The position numbers and the translations under genes were made by a program. The notes below the pieces were generated by a model, which had not been told where the DNA came from, did no database searches, and saw nothing but the letters and a program-made list of their open reading frames with translations. DNA of 64,000 nt from Candidatus Wildermuthbacteria bacterium (lineage in GTDB: Bacteria; Patescibacteriota; Minisyncoccia; Minisyncoccales; UBA10102): assembly GCA_016186115.1 (NCBI GenBank), contig JACPMK010000002.1:8983-72982 (forward strand), read 5' to 3'. Shown here in pieces: positions 48,025-57,885 of this stretch. Positions within the stretch are counted from its first letter, which is position 1, and each line of letters begins with the position of its first letter.

Positions 48025-49146
48025 TTATGGCTCGAAGCTCGAGTACCATATTTCGTTGTTCCATGACCAGTCCTCGGTCATGCCGCCAGTGAGCCATAGT
48101 TTGCCCTGAAACACGGCCGTAGCATGGTCTTCTCTGCCTCTCCAAGGCGCGTTTTGACTCGTTTTTTGCCACTCTAGGCCGTTTTTCGAGTACCAGACGT
48201 CTCTTATTCCTTTCCCCTGTTTTGTATCCCATCCGCTGATGATCCAGAGGGTGTTTTCATATACCTCGAGAGCAAGGCCGTGGCGCACGGAAAATGGCGC
48301 GTTATCGGTGACCAGTTGCCAATTCAGACCATCTTCTGAAACCCAAATGTCATTGGTTGCATCTGCTCCGCCGAGCGGCACGCCTCCAATGAGCCACAGT
48401 TTGTTTTGAAATGTTGCAACCGCATGGTCATAGCGCGGCGACCATGGAGCCGATTCGGTGACAATGCTCCAATCTTTGCCATTTTCCGAAATCCAGATAT
48501 CGTTGTAAGTTTTTCGCGTGTCAAAACGCACTCCTCCCATCAGCCACAATTTTCCTTGGAATTGCGTAATGGTGTGTCCTTCTCTTCCTTCCCATGCTGT
48601 TTGTTTTGAAACTCTTTTCCAATTCTCGCCATCCGAAGTATTCCAAATATCGTTTTGGTATTTCCATACCGTGTTATTCCAACCGCCCATCAGCCAGAGC
48701 TTGTCCTGAAAAACAACAAGCGGAAGCGAGCGGCGTTGCTGCCACGGTGCGTTGTTGGTGACGAGTTCCCAGTTTGTGCCATTGGAGGAGGACCAGATAT
48801 CGCTGTAATGGGGCATGTTCCAGTATTCTTTTTGCTGGGGTTCTCCTCCCAATCCTCCCATCAGCCAAAGTGTATCGCGGAATACTACCAGTCCATGAGA
48901 ATCCCTTTTGGGCCATGGGATAAAGGCGGGATCAACTTGTTTCCACGTGAGCTGCTGGAGATCTGCCTGTTTTGCAGTAGGAACATTTTCTTGCCGCTCT
49001 ATCGCTTGGGTATTATTTTCTTCTTGTTTCTCGTTTTGTTTTTCGCGCAGAAGGTTGACAATGCCAACAATACTAAGAACAAAGAAAATGCCCATTATTA
49101 TTCCGAGTGCTCCAATGAGAATTTTAGAAACATGTTCTTTTTTCAT
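48025..49146 (-). CDS. Membrane-anchored Kelch-like beta-propeller protein
   Basis: N-terminal TM; six repeats of FqdKLWLxGG...NDIWxSxDGxNW. Confidence 0.85.
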   Translation of the reverse strand: MKKEHVSKILIGALGIIMGIFFVLSIVGIVNLLREKQNEKQEENNTQAIERQENVPTAKQADLQQLTWKQVDPAFIPWPKRDSHGLVVFRDTLWLMGGLGGEPQQKEYWNMPHYSDIWSSSNGTNWELVTNNAPWQQRRSLPLVVFQDKLWLMGGWNNTVWKYQNDIWNTSDGENWKRVSKQTAWEGREGHTITQFQGKLWLMGGVRFDTRKTYNDIWISENGKDWSIVTESAPWSPRYDHAVATFQNKLWLIGGVPLGGADATNDIWVSEDGLNWQLVTDNAPFSVRHGLALEVYENTLWIISGWDTKQGKGIRDVWYSKNGLEWQKTSQNAPWRGREDHATAVFQGKLWLTGGMTEDWSWNNEIWYSSFEP

Positions 49147-50090
49147 TTGTATGTTGCGAGGATCCAGTCGGTAAGTTCTTCCATTTCCTGAAAGCGATGT
49201 GGAGTATTCAGCATTATATTAACAATATATCCTTTGCGATCCGGCGATTCCAACACAAGAAGAAGTGTGCCTTGAGCTGTGGGAGTCATGCCTGTTTTTC
49301 CGCCAAGAATTTTTGTAGGCCAGCCGTCATGCCCCAGCAGCTTATTCGTATTAGACATAATATGATGTGGTTTGCTTTCCGCGGTCAAGAGAGTAAATTT
49401 TTCAATGGAGAGCATGTCGAAAATAGATGGGAAATTGACAAGGAGATATCTGGTCAGCAGGGCGAGATCTGAAGATGAGGACGTATTCAGTTTTTCCGCT
49501 GATGTTTTTGGATCGAGGCCGGTCGGATTGCTAAATTGCATGGAGGAAAGACCCAATTCTTTTGCGTTTTCATTCATGAGTTGGACGAAGTGGTCCCGCC
49601 CGACGACTTCTGCGAGCGCTGCTGCTGCGTCGTTGCTTGATTCAACGAGCAAAGAATAAAGAAGTCCTTGGACGGTAAATACTTCGCCTGTTTTGAAATT
49701 GCCGCTGTCCTCTGGCTCTTGGATTGCTTTTTCTGAAATCACAACAGGAGCATCAAGGTTGTAATGCTTTAGTACAACGAGCGCAGTCATCAGTTTTGAA
49801 ATACTTGCAATAGGCAGGGGTTTTTCTCCGTTTATATCCAGCAATATCTTTGATTCTTCTGTTGTGCGGTCGAAAAATATAGAGTATACGGCATGAGCAG
49901 AAAATTCCGGGGCTGAATTTGGGGTTGGAGTAATGGATGCGGCGGGTGATGGCGTCGGGGTTTCAAAAACCTGTGCTGCAAGATTGTTTTGTATGTTCTT
50001 TTTGTTGGTAGAAATTTCGGAAAGGAACAAGATTCCTCCGCCCACTGTCAATAGAAACACAACTGCGATAAGGTAATCCTTTTGATGCAT
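49143..50090 (-). CDS. D-Ala-D-Ala carboxypeptidase (peptidase S11)
   Basis: ASISKLMT, SSN, NPTGLD, GKTG. Confidence 0.9.
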   Translation of the reverse strand: MHQKDYLIAVVFLLTVGGGILFLSEISTNKKNIQNNLAAQVFETPTPSPAASITPTPNSAPEFSAHAVYSIFFDRTTEESKILLDINGEKPLPIASISKLMTALVVLKHYNLDAPVVISEKAIQEPEDSGNFKTGEVFTVQGLLYSLLVESSNDAAAALAEVVGRDHFVQLMNENAKELGLSSMQFSNPTGLDPKTSAEKLNTSSSSDLALLTRYLLVNFPSIFDMLSIEKFTLLTAESKPHHIMSNTNKLLGHDGWPTKILGGKTGMTPTAQGTLLLVLESPDRKGYIVNIMLNTPHRFQEMEELTDWILATYK

Positions 50091-50099
50091 ATGCAGTAT

Positions 50100-51512
50100 T
50101 TATGACTTCTTTTGAGATTTTGTTTCTATTTTTAGGTGAAGCTCCTTGAGCTGTTGTTCTGATATTTCACTGGGCGATTGCATGAGCAGATCTCTGCTGT
50201 CGCCTGTTTTTGGAAATGCAATTACTTCGCGGATACTCTGCTCACTTTGAAGCAGAGACATAAGCCGGTCGAATCCCCACGCGATTCCTCCGTGCGGAGG
50301 CGCGCCATACGAAAACGCCTCGAGCATGTGTCCGAAGTTTGCTTGGATTCGTTCTTTTTCGTATCCCATGATCTCAAAGACCTGCTCCAACGCTTCTGGT
50401 TGATGATTGCGAATGCTTCCGCCGCCGATTTCCATTCCGTTCAGTACCACATCATATTGAGACGTAAGAATCTCTGCAATATTACGCTTTGCCATAAGAT
50501 CATTCATATATTCGGGCTTTGGCGCAGAAAATGGATTGTGAGTGAAGGTCCAGCCGTTGGTTTCCTTGTCTTTTTCGAAGAATGGAAAATCAATCACCCA
50601 GCAAAACGCGAGCAAATCTGGGTTGTTTTTGTCTTTGCGCAAATCCGGGCGATCGGTTCCATATTTTTGTATTACATCTTTATACAATAATTGCGGAAAT
50701 GGAATTTCCTGTATTTCTTTTTTCGGGTAGAGCTTTTTTACTAGCGCAATCAAGAGTTGTTCGTTCAATTCCATCACATCTTCCCGTTCCACAAAGCTCA
50801 TTTCAAGATCAAGTTGAGTAAATTCCGGCTGGCGGTCTGCTCTCGGGTCTTCGTCGCGAAGACAACGGGCGAATTGGAAATACCGTTCAAATCCTGCAAC
50901 CTGAAGCAATTGTTTGTATTGCTGGGGGCTTTGCGGCAAGGCATAGAATTTTCCTGCGTAGAGCCGCGATGGTACCACAAAGTCGCGCGCCCCTTCCGGG
51001 GTTGATTTCGTCAGCAGAGGTGTTTCAATTTCGATAAATCCCTCATTGCTAAGAAATTCTCGGACAAATCCAAAAACTGTATGGCGCTTTGTCAGGTTTT
51101 CTTTCAGTCGTTTTCTTCGCAGATCGAGATACCGATACTGCAGACGTTTTTCTTCGTTCAGGTCGTATCCATTCGTATCGATCGTAAACGGCAAGGTTTT
51201 TGCTTGAGAAAAAATCACGATTTTTTCTGCCGCGATTTCTATTTCGCCTGTGGCGATCGCGGGATTTTTCATCGCTTGCGGGCGTTCTTGTACCGTACCC
51301 TCAATTTCGACAACCCATTCCGATCTCAGGGCTTGAGCTGTTTTGTAGGTTTCTGCCTGTTGCGGCGTGGATACGCATTGGGCAACTCCCTCTTTGTCGC
51401 GCAGATCAATAAAAGTAATTTTGCCATGATCGCGCCGGCCGTCAATCCATCCCGCAATTTTTACTTTTTCGCCCTTGTGACTCGGTGTTTCGTTGGTAAA
51501 AATTCTCTTCAT
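50100..51512 (-). CDS. aspS: Aspartate--tRNA ligase, short form lacking the GAD insertion
   Basis: RRDHG, TPEGARDF, ALPQSPQ, RDED, GAPPHGG; 470 aa. Confidence 0.96.
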   Translation of the reverse strand: MKRIFTNETPSHKGEKVKIAGWIDGRRDHGKITFIDLRDKEGVAQCVSTPQQAETYKTAQALRSEWVVEIEGTVQERPQAMKNPAIATGEIEIAAEKIVIFSQAKTLPFTIDTNGYDLNEEKRLQYRYLDLRRKRLKENLTKRHTVFGFVREFLSNEGFIEIETPLLTKSTPEGARDFVVPSRLYAGKFYALPQSPQQYKQLLQVAGFERYFQFARCLRDEDPRADRQPEFTQLDLEMSFVEREDVMELNEQLLIALVKKLYPKKEIQEIPFPQLLYKDVIQKYGTDRPDLRKDKNNPDLLAFCWVIDFPFFEKDKETNGWTFTHNPFSAPKPEYMNDLMAKRNIAEILTSQYDVVLNGMEIGGGSIRNHQPEALEQVFEIMGYEKERIQANFGHMLEAFSYGAPPHGGIAWGFDRLMSLLQSEQSIREVIAFPKTGDSRDLLMQSPSEISEQQLKELHLKIETKSQKKS

Positions 51513-51625
51513 ATCTTCAAAACCAGTATACCCTTCTCATCCAAAAACATCAACAACATATAAAGATCAAAAGGCGGGCTGATGCGTGATCAGCCCGCCG
51601 TATTTTTTTCGAAAGGCGAAAAGAG

Positions 51626-52045
51626 CTACCGACTATTGGACGTTTTTATTCGGGCATGCCTTTGTTTTTGGTAGCAATTTTGGCAGAGTTTACCGCTGCT
51701 GAGTACCTTTTCTTCTCCGCAATTTTCGCACAAGCCGATTTTTGCGTATTTATAACAGTTCTGGCAGATTGGCTCGCCCGATTCAAGTCGTACCTCTACC
51801 GGACCATTCTGTAGGCATATCATGCATTTTTCGTAGATAGAAAGGTTCTTGCTGTAGTAGCAGTGTCTGCAAACTGGTTTGCCTTCCAGTGTATGCACGA
51901 GGATCCACTTAACCTTGCCGCAGATCGAGCATGTTGTGCGTCTCGCCGGATCTTTGGAGAAGCACATCCTGCACATCAACTTGCCGGAAATATAATTGCG
52001 ATGGACTTCTTTTTCTTTTTCGCAAATACTGCAGATTCCTTGCAT
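51626..52045 (-). CDS. Tandem CxxC-repeat (multi zinc-finger) protein
   Basis: Eight CxxC motifs in 139 aa; GGGAGG SD; hairpin at 51573-51599. Confidence 0.7.
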   Translation of the reverse strand: MQGICSICEKEKEVHRNYISGKLMCRMCFSKDPARRTTCSICGKVKWILVHTLEGKPVCRHCYYSKNLSIYEKCMICLQNGPVEVRLESGEPICQNCYKYAKIGLCENCGEEKVLSSGKLCQNCYQKQRHARIKTSNSR

Positions 52046-52133
52046 CGTTTTCCTCCCTTCCTGCCCATATTCTTATCCAATATTGCCAGGGTAGTCAAGT
52101 GCAATAAAAAATCCCGCTTAGACAAGGATGCCT

Positions 52134-52328
52134 TCAGCGGGATAAATTTGTTGCTATTTGTCTTTCAACGCATAGCTTGCAAAGGCCGGCAGCGTTGATA
52201 GATTGTGTGAGACGCTCGCATTCGGTGCATTGTTTATACATTTTTCTACACCGAGAGCATATGAGGCCATGTTTATTTCGCTTTACAATTTTTTTCTGTT
52301 CGCCACATATATAGCATCTCCCCCACAT
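52134..52328 (-). CDS. Short CxxC-repeat protein
   Basis: Four CxxC motifs in 64 aa; AGGAGG SD; TTGACA-18 nt-TACAAT promoter. Confidence 0.7.
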   Translation of the reverse strand: MWGRCYICGEQKKIVKRNKHGLICSRCRKMYKQCTECERLTQSINAAGLCKLCVERQIATNLSR

Positions 52329-52416
52329 ATCACACCTCCTGTAACAGAGGATATTATCTCTGATCTTCTTTGTGAATTGTAGTCCTCTTTGGTTGATTTT
52401 GTCAAATTAAAACTGG

Positions 52417-52464
52417 ATTGCTTAACTTAGTTAAGCAATTGACTAGACAGGCTTAGCCTGTCTA
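52417..52464. repeat. Two adjacent perfect inverted repeats
   Basis: attgcttaact-t-agttaagcaat (52417-52439) and tagacaggct-t-agcctgtcta (52444-52464). Confidence 0.75.
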
Positions 52465-55400
52465 CTAAAACGGGGATACTTCGCGATAGACAGGCGGCGT
52501 AAGAGAGAAGCTGCAAATCACGGAGTCGGGATGAAATGTTACGTCCTTGAGATTCGTGAACTTCGGGCATGCTCCCGTGATATAAAAATCATATTCATTA
52601 CCCGATAATTCCTGAATCGTGCCAAAAATTTTTCCCGAAATCGACTGAATTCCGACATGAACGCTGTTTTGTATCGTAACATTTTTGAATTGCACATCGC
52701 TTTGTTCCACGACAATCGCACCCTCATCAGTTTTACTGCCGCCGTATTTTATAATGGTATGTTCGAGTACAGAGCCCGAACTTTCGGGCGTAAAATGAAT
52801 TCTGCGCCAGCTATTCATTGGATGCGACGGCGAAGTTACGCCAGCCACAGAATCATCGCCAAGCGCAGTGAATATCACAGGATTTTCTGCGGTGCCTTTG
52901 CTTAAGAGGCTGCCTCGTATAATGAGTTGTGATTCCGGGGTGAGTCCGGCAAATTTGATGACTACTCCCGGTTCAATGGTAAGCATTCTATTTTTATACG
53001 CTAGGAAATTCTCATAGATCATGTAGGGCATAGCATCTTTTGGCAAGATAAAGTTCATATCTTGTAGTGGCCCCTGGATGAAAATTGCATTGTATTCATT
53101 ATCTGTTGCGGTGTTGTTTGCGAGTTGAGTTGATCCATGAAAAAGTCGTATAGGATAGGCATTGTCAGTGAAGGTGTTATCGCGTACTACTGGCGCGCTG
53201 GGTTTTATTGGCGGATTCTGCTGAACCAAAATTCCGATCCATTGTTCAGAAAAAGAAGAATTGGTAACGGTTGGACTGCCGTTTTGTATTTCAATTCCCA
53301 TCGTTTTGCGCGAGATCCCTTGGAATTCAACGTGGTCAATTTCAGATTCAGAATCAGCTAGGTAGAGTTGCGTTTCCTGCCCCGATCCCTTGAGGATTGC
53401 GTTGCGGATAACCACATTACTTTGTTCTGCCCATATAGAATAGGATCTTGAGCTAGGAGAAGAACACGAGGGTTTTGCTGTAGCTGCTTTTTCGATGACC
53501 ACAAATTCTAATTTGGAATTCGTACTTGTAGGGGTAAAATGCATGCCGCACCAATTAGGGAAATTGCCATCTCCATAATTTGTAAAAATGATCTGGTTTT
53601 CTTCTGTTCCTTGTGCATTCAGTGTTCCTTCCACAAGAATTTCCGATACATTTTTCCCGTAGACCATCTGTAGAGTCACTCCCGGTTCTATTGTAAGTAT
53701 CTTTTTCTTAGGGATTTTTAAACTTGCAGTTGCATAATATGGGTTTGCTGATTTTGTGAGAGTAATATGGTCAAACTCATCAAATCGCAGGTAAGAGATT
53801 CTTGTTTCAGTGCCTTTGAGAGGAGTTGCGCTGTTTCTTTCCCCAGGCGTGCCGTTGATCAAAAAATATTTTGCATCTTTTCCATTTGTGAGAATAAGGT
53901 TGTTCGTTGTCCAATTCGAAGAGTCGGAACTCGGCTCTGTTGGAGAAATTCTTTCCATGGAAGCCCTTACCCAGTCCCCCCTTGAATTTTTTTCATTGAT
54001 GCCGGCAAACCAACCGCTCGAGGCATCGACCGCGTCGATAAGATTTTCTTTGGCATCGTAGAGTTTGAGAATTTCTCCGTCGTTGCGCATCGCTCCTTTG
54101 TATACTGTGGAGGGCGTATACACTTCGCGCAGATTGTGCGCATCAGATCGTATTAATAAATGGTAACGCTTTGGCAAAAGGGTGCCCGAAAGCATGATTT
54201 CGGATTTAGAGTCATCATCGCCAATAATAAATTTCCAATCGGTAATGTTGATCGTTTCTTCGCTCGCATTATAGAGTTCAATCCATTCATCATTTGCATC
54301 TGCTTTTGTTCCCATCCACGCAACCTCATTGATGATAACCTTGCCTACAGAATGAGTTGGTAGCTCTATCCTCGTTGAAATACTGTTCTCTTCGCTTTCG
54401 TTGCCACCTTTATCTTTTGTTTTTGCATAAAATGTATACATATGTTTGTCTTGCCCTTGCAGTTGAACAGCGAAGTTTTCCGGCCCCATGGGCAGCATTC
54501 CCGATTCTTTTGCTTGCCATTGTTGCCACTCATTTTCTTCGTCGATTCTATACTGAAGCGTACTTTCTCCATTTTCGTTTGGATCGTCATGATACCAAAG
54601 TACGACTCCGTCGATGTTGCTTGGGGTTACTATCGCAATAGGATTTGATAATTCCCAAGAAAGCGTAAAAATGGCTTCTTGTTGCACAGGAGCAAGAGAG
54701 CCAAAAAGAACTTTCGGAGGAATAGTAGTTTCTTCTGGTAATTGTTCAGTCGTTTCCGTTTCCTCTTCTTGGACATCGTCCTCTATTGTCTCTGGATCTT
54801 CTATGATTTCTTCGTTTCCTTCTGTTGCGGTATTGTTCTCTTGCTGCGCCTCTGATTCGTTTAAGGTATACTGTGTCTGCTCTTGGTTTTCGGGTTGTGT
54901 GGCATGCATTATCTGTGCAGCATTTCTTGCTCGAGGCGTGGGATTCTGTATTTCAAAGTCCTGTGCATTGTTATCCGTATCTTTTGGAGATGCGCCCTCT
55001 ATTTTTCTGCCAACAGAATATCCTGCTGGCGGATTTTCTGCAGGCGTTTCTTCGAAATCAGTAGCATTTCCCAGTCCTACTTTATCCACAAGTTCGCTAT
55101 TTGGATTGTAGAGCAATATGGTATTGTTTTCTGCTATTGCATAGGTTTTGCCGGAGTAGAAAAAATCAGGAGTGGGTTCTCCTCGGTAATTTTTTGTGCC
55201 GTCTTCGTTATCTTGAGGCGTAATAAGAAAATATCCATTTGCTCCGATAGCTCCGCGAAAACTCGGAGCACTTACGAGATTGGACTCGTTGCCGCTTGAT
55301 GTTTTCTTTTTGAGAGACCAGCCGGAGAGATCGATGTTCTCATTGGTAGGATTGAATAATTCTATAAATTCATCCTTTGCAGAAATATTGCTTTCTATTT

Positions 55401-57237
55401 GAATTTCAGAGATTAAAATTTTTTGGTAGATCTGGACCTGATTTTCTTCCTTGGGTTGCTGTTGTTGAGGATTTGTATTACTTCCGAGCGCATACATAGG
55501 TTGTTTTGGCTGTTCCCAAGTGAGCTCGGGCAGTCGTCTCATCGGCTGCTTTGTATCATTATCTCCGCCCGGCCATTTTGGGTCTGCAATAACTTTGTCT
55601 TGTAAGGCGCAGGTGTTATCAAAAAGATACAATGCTTCATCTTCGTTTTTCAGACCTCCTTTATAAATATAGTTAGCTGGAATGTCTGGTAGCGTTGTAT
55701 CGTCAGTGCGTTCCAAAAGAAAAGTTCCAGAAGCAGGAATGCCGTATTCTGGACCGAATAAAATCGAAATCTCCTGATTTTTGTTGAGCAATTGCCATCC
55801 CGAAAGGTTGATTGGCGTGAGTTGGGTATTCTTTAATTGCATCCATTCATCAAATGACGAATTTGTGGTGCCCATCCACGCGATCTCCTTAAAAATAACG
55901 CTGGAATATTGTGGGATGGCATCGGGGCTGGGGCTGCACCAAGTAATAGATGGTTCTTGGATTTTTTCTTTGATCTGTTTTTGCGGCTGCGGAGTTTGTG
56001 TGGGTTGCGGGGTAGGGCTTGACAACGCTTCTGCCTGAACTGTCTTTTTTTCTTCCTCCTCCTTTTGTATTTGCTTTTGTTGGAGAATTATTTTTTGAGG
56101 CGTTGGAGTCGGATCCGGTGGAACGGTTGTCGGTGGAGTATTTTCGTTCCTTTTTTGTTCGGCCACTGCTTTCTGCGGTAGTCCGACCTCTCTAATACTT
56201 AATTCAGCGCTAAGATTGTCCGGATTCTGCAAGGTCTTTTCTGCTTCTTTGGTTACTTTTTTGGTCTGTTGCCAGACATACTGTGCACCTTGTTTTACTT
56301 TATTCCATACACTCGCTACCCCTTGTTGCGTTTTAAGAACAACGAGTTCTTTAGTAATTGGTTTTGCCTTGTTCGGATCTTTGTACTCTGCCTTTGCCCA
56401 CGCATTCTGCGGTGGATCTCCACCTAATGGCAAACCGTAAAATTGCTTCTTTCCTATTTTCAGCGGCACCATTCCCAGCGTTGGTGATTTTTCTTTTGAT
56501 ATTAAAGATTTATTCTCTCCATGGCGTTCTTCAAATTCACGCTGAAGATCTTCAAGTGGAGTGAGTTTGTAGTAGGGACTATCATGCGCAATTTTTGGGG
56601 TATATGTATTTATGTTGTTGAAGAAATTCCCTTCCGCTAGATTCCAACGAGAGAGATTGCATTTGCCATCTGGCGCATAATCTGGACAATTGGAATGAGA
56701 GCCCTTAGCAATATACACCCAAGGATGTTTTACATCACTTAATTTTTTGGAATCAAATATACCTGTATTCGTGTTCCCTCCTTGGTGAAAGGAGCCGAGT
56801 ACGCTTTTAATTTTCTGTGTCTTACGATCGATGACGACAAAAACAGACTCCCAATCGCCGTAGTGTTCATTCAAGCCATTATTGAATACATAGAAGTACC
56901 AGTATTGATAAACAATATCAGGAGTTGATGTTTTATCTATAGAGTAGAAGGCAGCAAAATTCTTTAACTTTTCCTCAATAGAAAGCGCATTGTATTTTTG
57001 TTTAGCTTCTTCACCGGAAATTTCTTGAAGTGCATTGTTATAATAGAAGTTTAATGGATTTGTGGGATAATATCCTTCTTCTTTATGTAGCCAAATATTA
57101 GGAGCATAGGTACTAGCTGGCGGGATATTTTCTTCATTAGTTTGACCTAATGCCAGGGTTACCCCCAACAAAAAAAGCGCGACAGAGAGTACATATTTAT
57201 TTATAAATATCGTCTTCGTTAAGTTAAGTTTCCCCAT
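52465..57237 (-). CDS. Large surface protein: Vps62/NPP1-like N-domain, three lamin-tail domains, beta-helix C-terminus
   Basis: Signal peptide; YWYFY...HYGDWE...GSH; IFKEIAWMGT, LISEIQ and IINEVAWMGT each followed by DEW/DEF; LTIEPGV beta-helix repeats. Confidence 0.8.
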   Translation of the reverse strand: MGKLNLTKTIFINKYVLSVALFLLGVTLALGQTNEENIPPASTYAPNIWLHKEEGYYPTNPLNFYYNNALQEISGEEAKQKYNALSIEEKLKNFAAFYSIDKTSTPDIVYQYWYFYVFNNGLNEHYGDWESVFVVIDRKTQKIKSVLGSFHQGGNTNTGIFDSKKLSDVKHPWVYIAKGSHSNCPDYAPDGKCNLSRWNLAEGNFFNNINTYTPKIAHDSPYYKLTPLEDLQREFEERHGENKSLISKEKSPTLGMVPLKIGKKQFYGLPLGGDPPQNAWAKAEYKDPNKAKPITKELVVLKTQQGVASVWNKVKQGAQYVWQQTKKVTKEAEKTLQNPDNLSAELSIREVGLPQKAVAEQKRNENTPPTTVPPDPTPTPQKIILQQKQIQKEEEEKKTVQAEALSSPTPQPTQTPQPQKQIKEKIQEPSITWCSPSPDAIPQYSSVIFKEIAWMGTTNSSFDEWMQLKNTQLTPINLSGWQLLNKNQEISILFGPEYGIPASGTFLLERTDDTTLPDIPANYIYKGGLKNEDEALYLFDNTCALQDKVIADPKWPGGDNDTKQPMRRLPELTWEQPKQPMYALGSNTNPQQQQPKEENQVQIYQKILISEIQIESNISAKDEFIELFNPTNENIDLSGWSLKKKTSSGNESNLVSAPSFRGAIGANGYFLITPQDNEDGTKNYRGEPTPDFFYSGKTYAIAENNTILLYNPNSELVDKVGLGNATDFEETPAENPPAGYSVGRKIEGASPKDTDNNAQDFEIQNPTPRARNAAQIMHATQPENQEQTQYTLNESEAQQENNTATEGNEEIIEDPETIEDDVQEEETETTEQLPEETTIPPKVLFGSLAPVQQEAIFTLSWELSNPIAIVTPSNIDGVVLWYHDDPNENGESTLQYRIDEENEWQQWQAKESGMLPMGPENFAVQLQGQDKHMYTFYAKTKDKGGNESEENSISTRIELPTHSVGKVIINEVAWMGTKADANDEWIELYNASEETINITDWKFIIGDDDSKSEIMLSGTLLPKRYHLLIRSDAHNLREVYTPSTVYKGAMRNDGEILKLYDAKENLIDAVDASSGWFAGINEKNSRGDWVRASMERISPTEPSSDSSNWTTNNLILTNGKDAKYFLINGTPGERNSATPLKGTETRISYLRFDEFDHITLTKSANPYYATASLKIPKKKILTIEPGVTLQMVYGKNVSEILVEGTLNAQGTEENQIIFTNYGDGNFPNWCGMHFTPTSTNSKLEFVVIEKAATAKPSCSSPSSRSYSIWAEQSNVVIRNAILKGSGQETQLYLADSESEIDHVEFQGISRKTMGIEIQNGSPTVTNSSFSEQWIGILVQQNPPIKPSAPVVRDNTFTDNAYPIRLFHGSTQLANNTATDNEYNAIFIQGPLQDMNFILPKDAMPYMIYENFLAYKNRMLTIEPGVVIKFAGLTPESQLIIRGSLLSKGTAENPVIFTALGDDSVAGVTSPSHPMNSWRRIHFTPESSGSVLEHTIIKYGGSKTDEGAIVVEQSDVQFKNVTIQNSVHVGIQSISGKIFGTIQELSGNEYDFYITGACPKFTNLKDVTFHPDSVICSFSLTPPVYREVSPF

Positions 57238-57877
57238 ACCGAATTGCACTCGCTATCATCCAGCCAAGTACACATCCCATAAATAAGAAAGTAAAAATAT
57301 ACGATGACAGGAGCGAACTCAGAGATTCTCCCAAATAATTACCAATGATCGGACTTATCAAAGCAGTGGATAGCAGACTTGTCGCTGTGGCTAGTCCAAT
57401 TTTTATTAGATTTTTTTTGAGAAGGATTCCATATAGTGTTCCGGTAAACAATCCTACTATAGCAAATTCCAAATATAGAACTCCTATTCGTAGGGAAGGT
57501 TGGAGGTCCCAGTAATAGAAAATTTTCGACAAAAATTCATTTGGTTCGGATGGAAGCAAAAATTCAAGTAGAACTGTACCCCATATTACTAGCCATTCTA
57601 TCCATATCATCGGTATGATGAAAGACATAAGCCAGCCGAGGGTGCCGATGGACATTACTTTGAACATCAGTTTTCTATCGCCGGAAAATAAAACAAGGGA
57701 TAAACTCCCTAAGATGCCAAAGGCGACTGCGCCTAAAATGTAAGAGAATGGATTGGTGAATGTTTCGTTGCTGCCGACGGTGCCACGGTATGCTTCAATG
57801 CCCCAGATTGCGCCGGCTAAACCGAAACCAATGATGGGGGCGAGAGTGCGCTTGTGGCGCAGGAGAAATCCTTTCAT
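57224..57877 (-). CDS. Multi-TM hypothetical membrane protein
   Basis: 217 aa, about six hydrophobic segments. Confidence 0.7.
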   Translation of the reverse strand: MKGFLLRHKRTLAPIIGFGLAGAIWGIEAYRGTVGSNETFTNPFSYILGAVAFGILGSLSLVLFSGDRKLMFKVMSIGTLGWLMSFIIPMIWIEWLVIWGTVLLEFLLPSEPNEFLSKIFYYWDLQPSLRIGVLYLEFAIVGLFTGTLYGILLKKNLIKIGLATATSLLSTALISPIIGNYLGESLSSLLSSYIFTFLFMGCVLGWMIASAIRYGET

Positions 57878-57885
57878 TACTGTCG

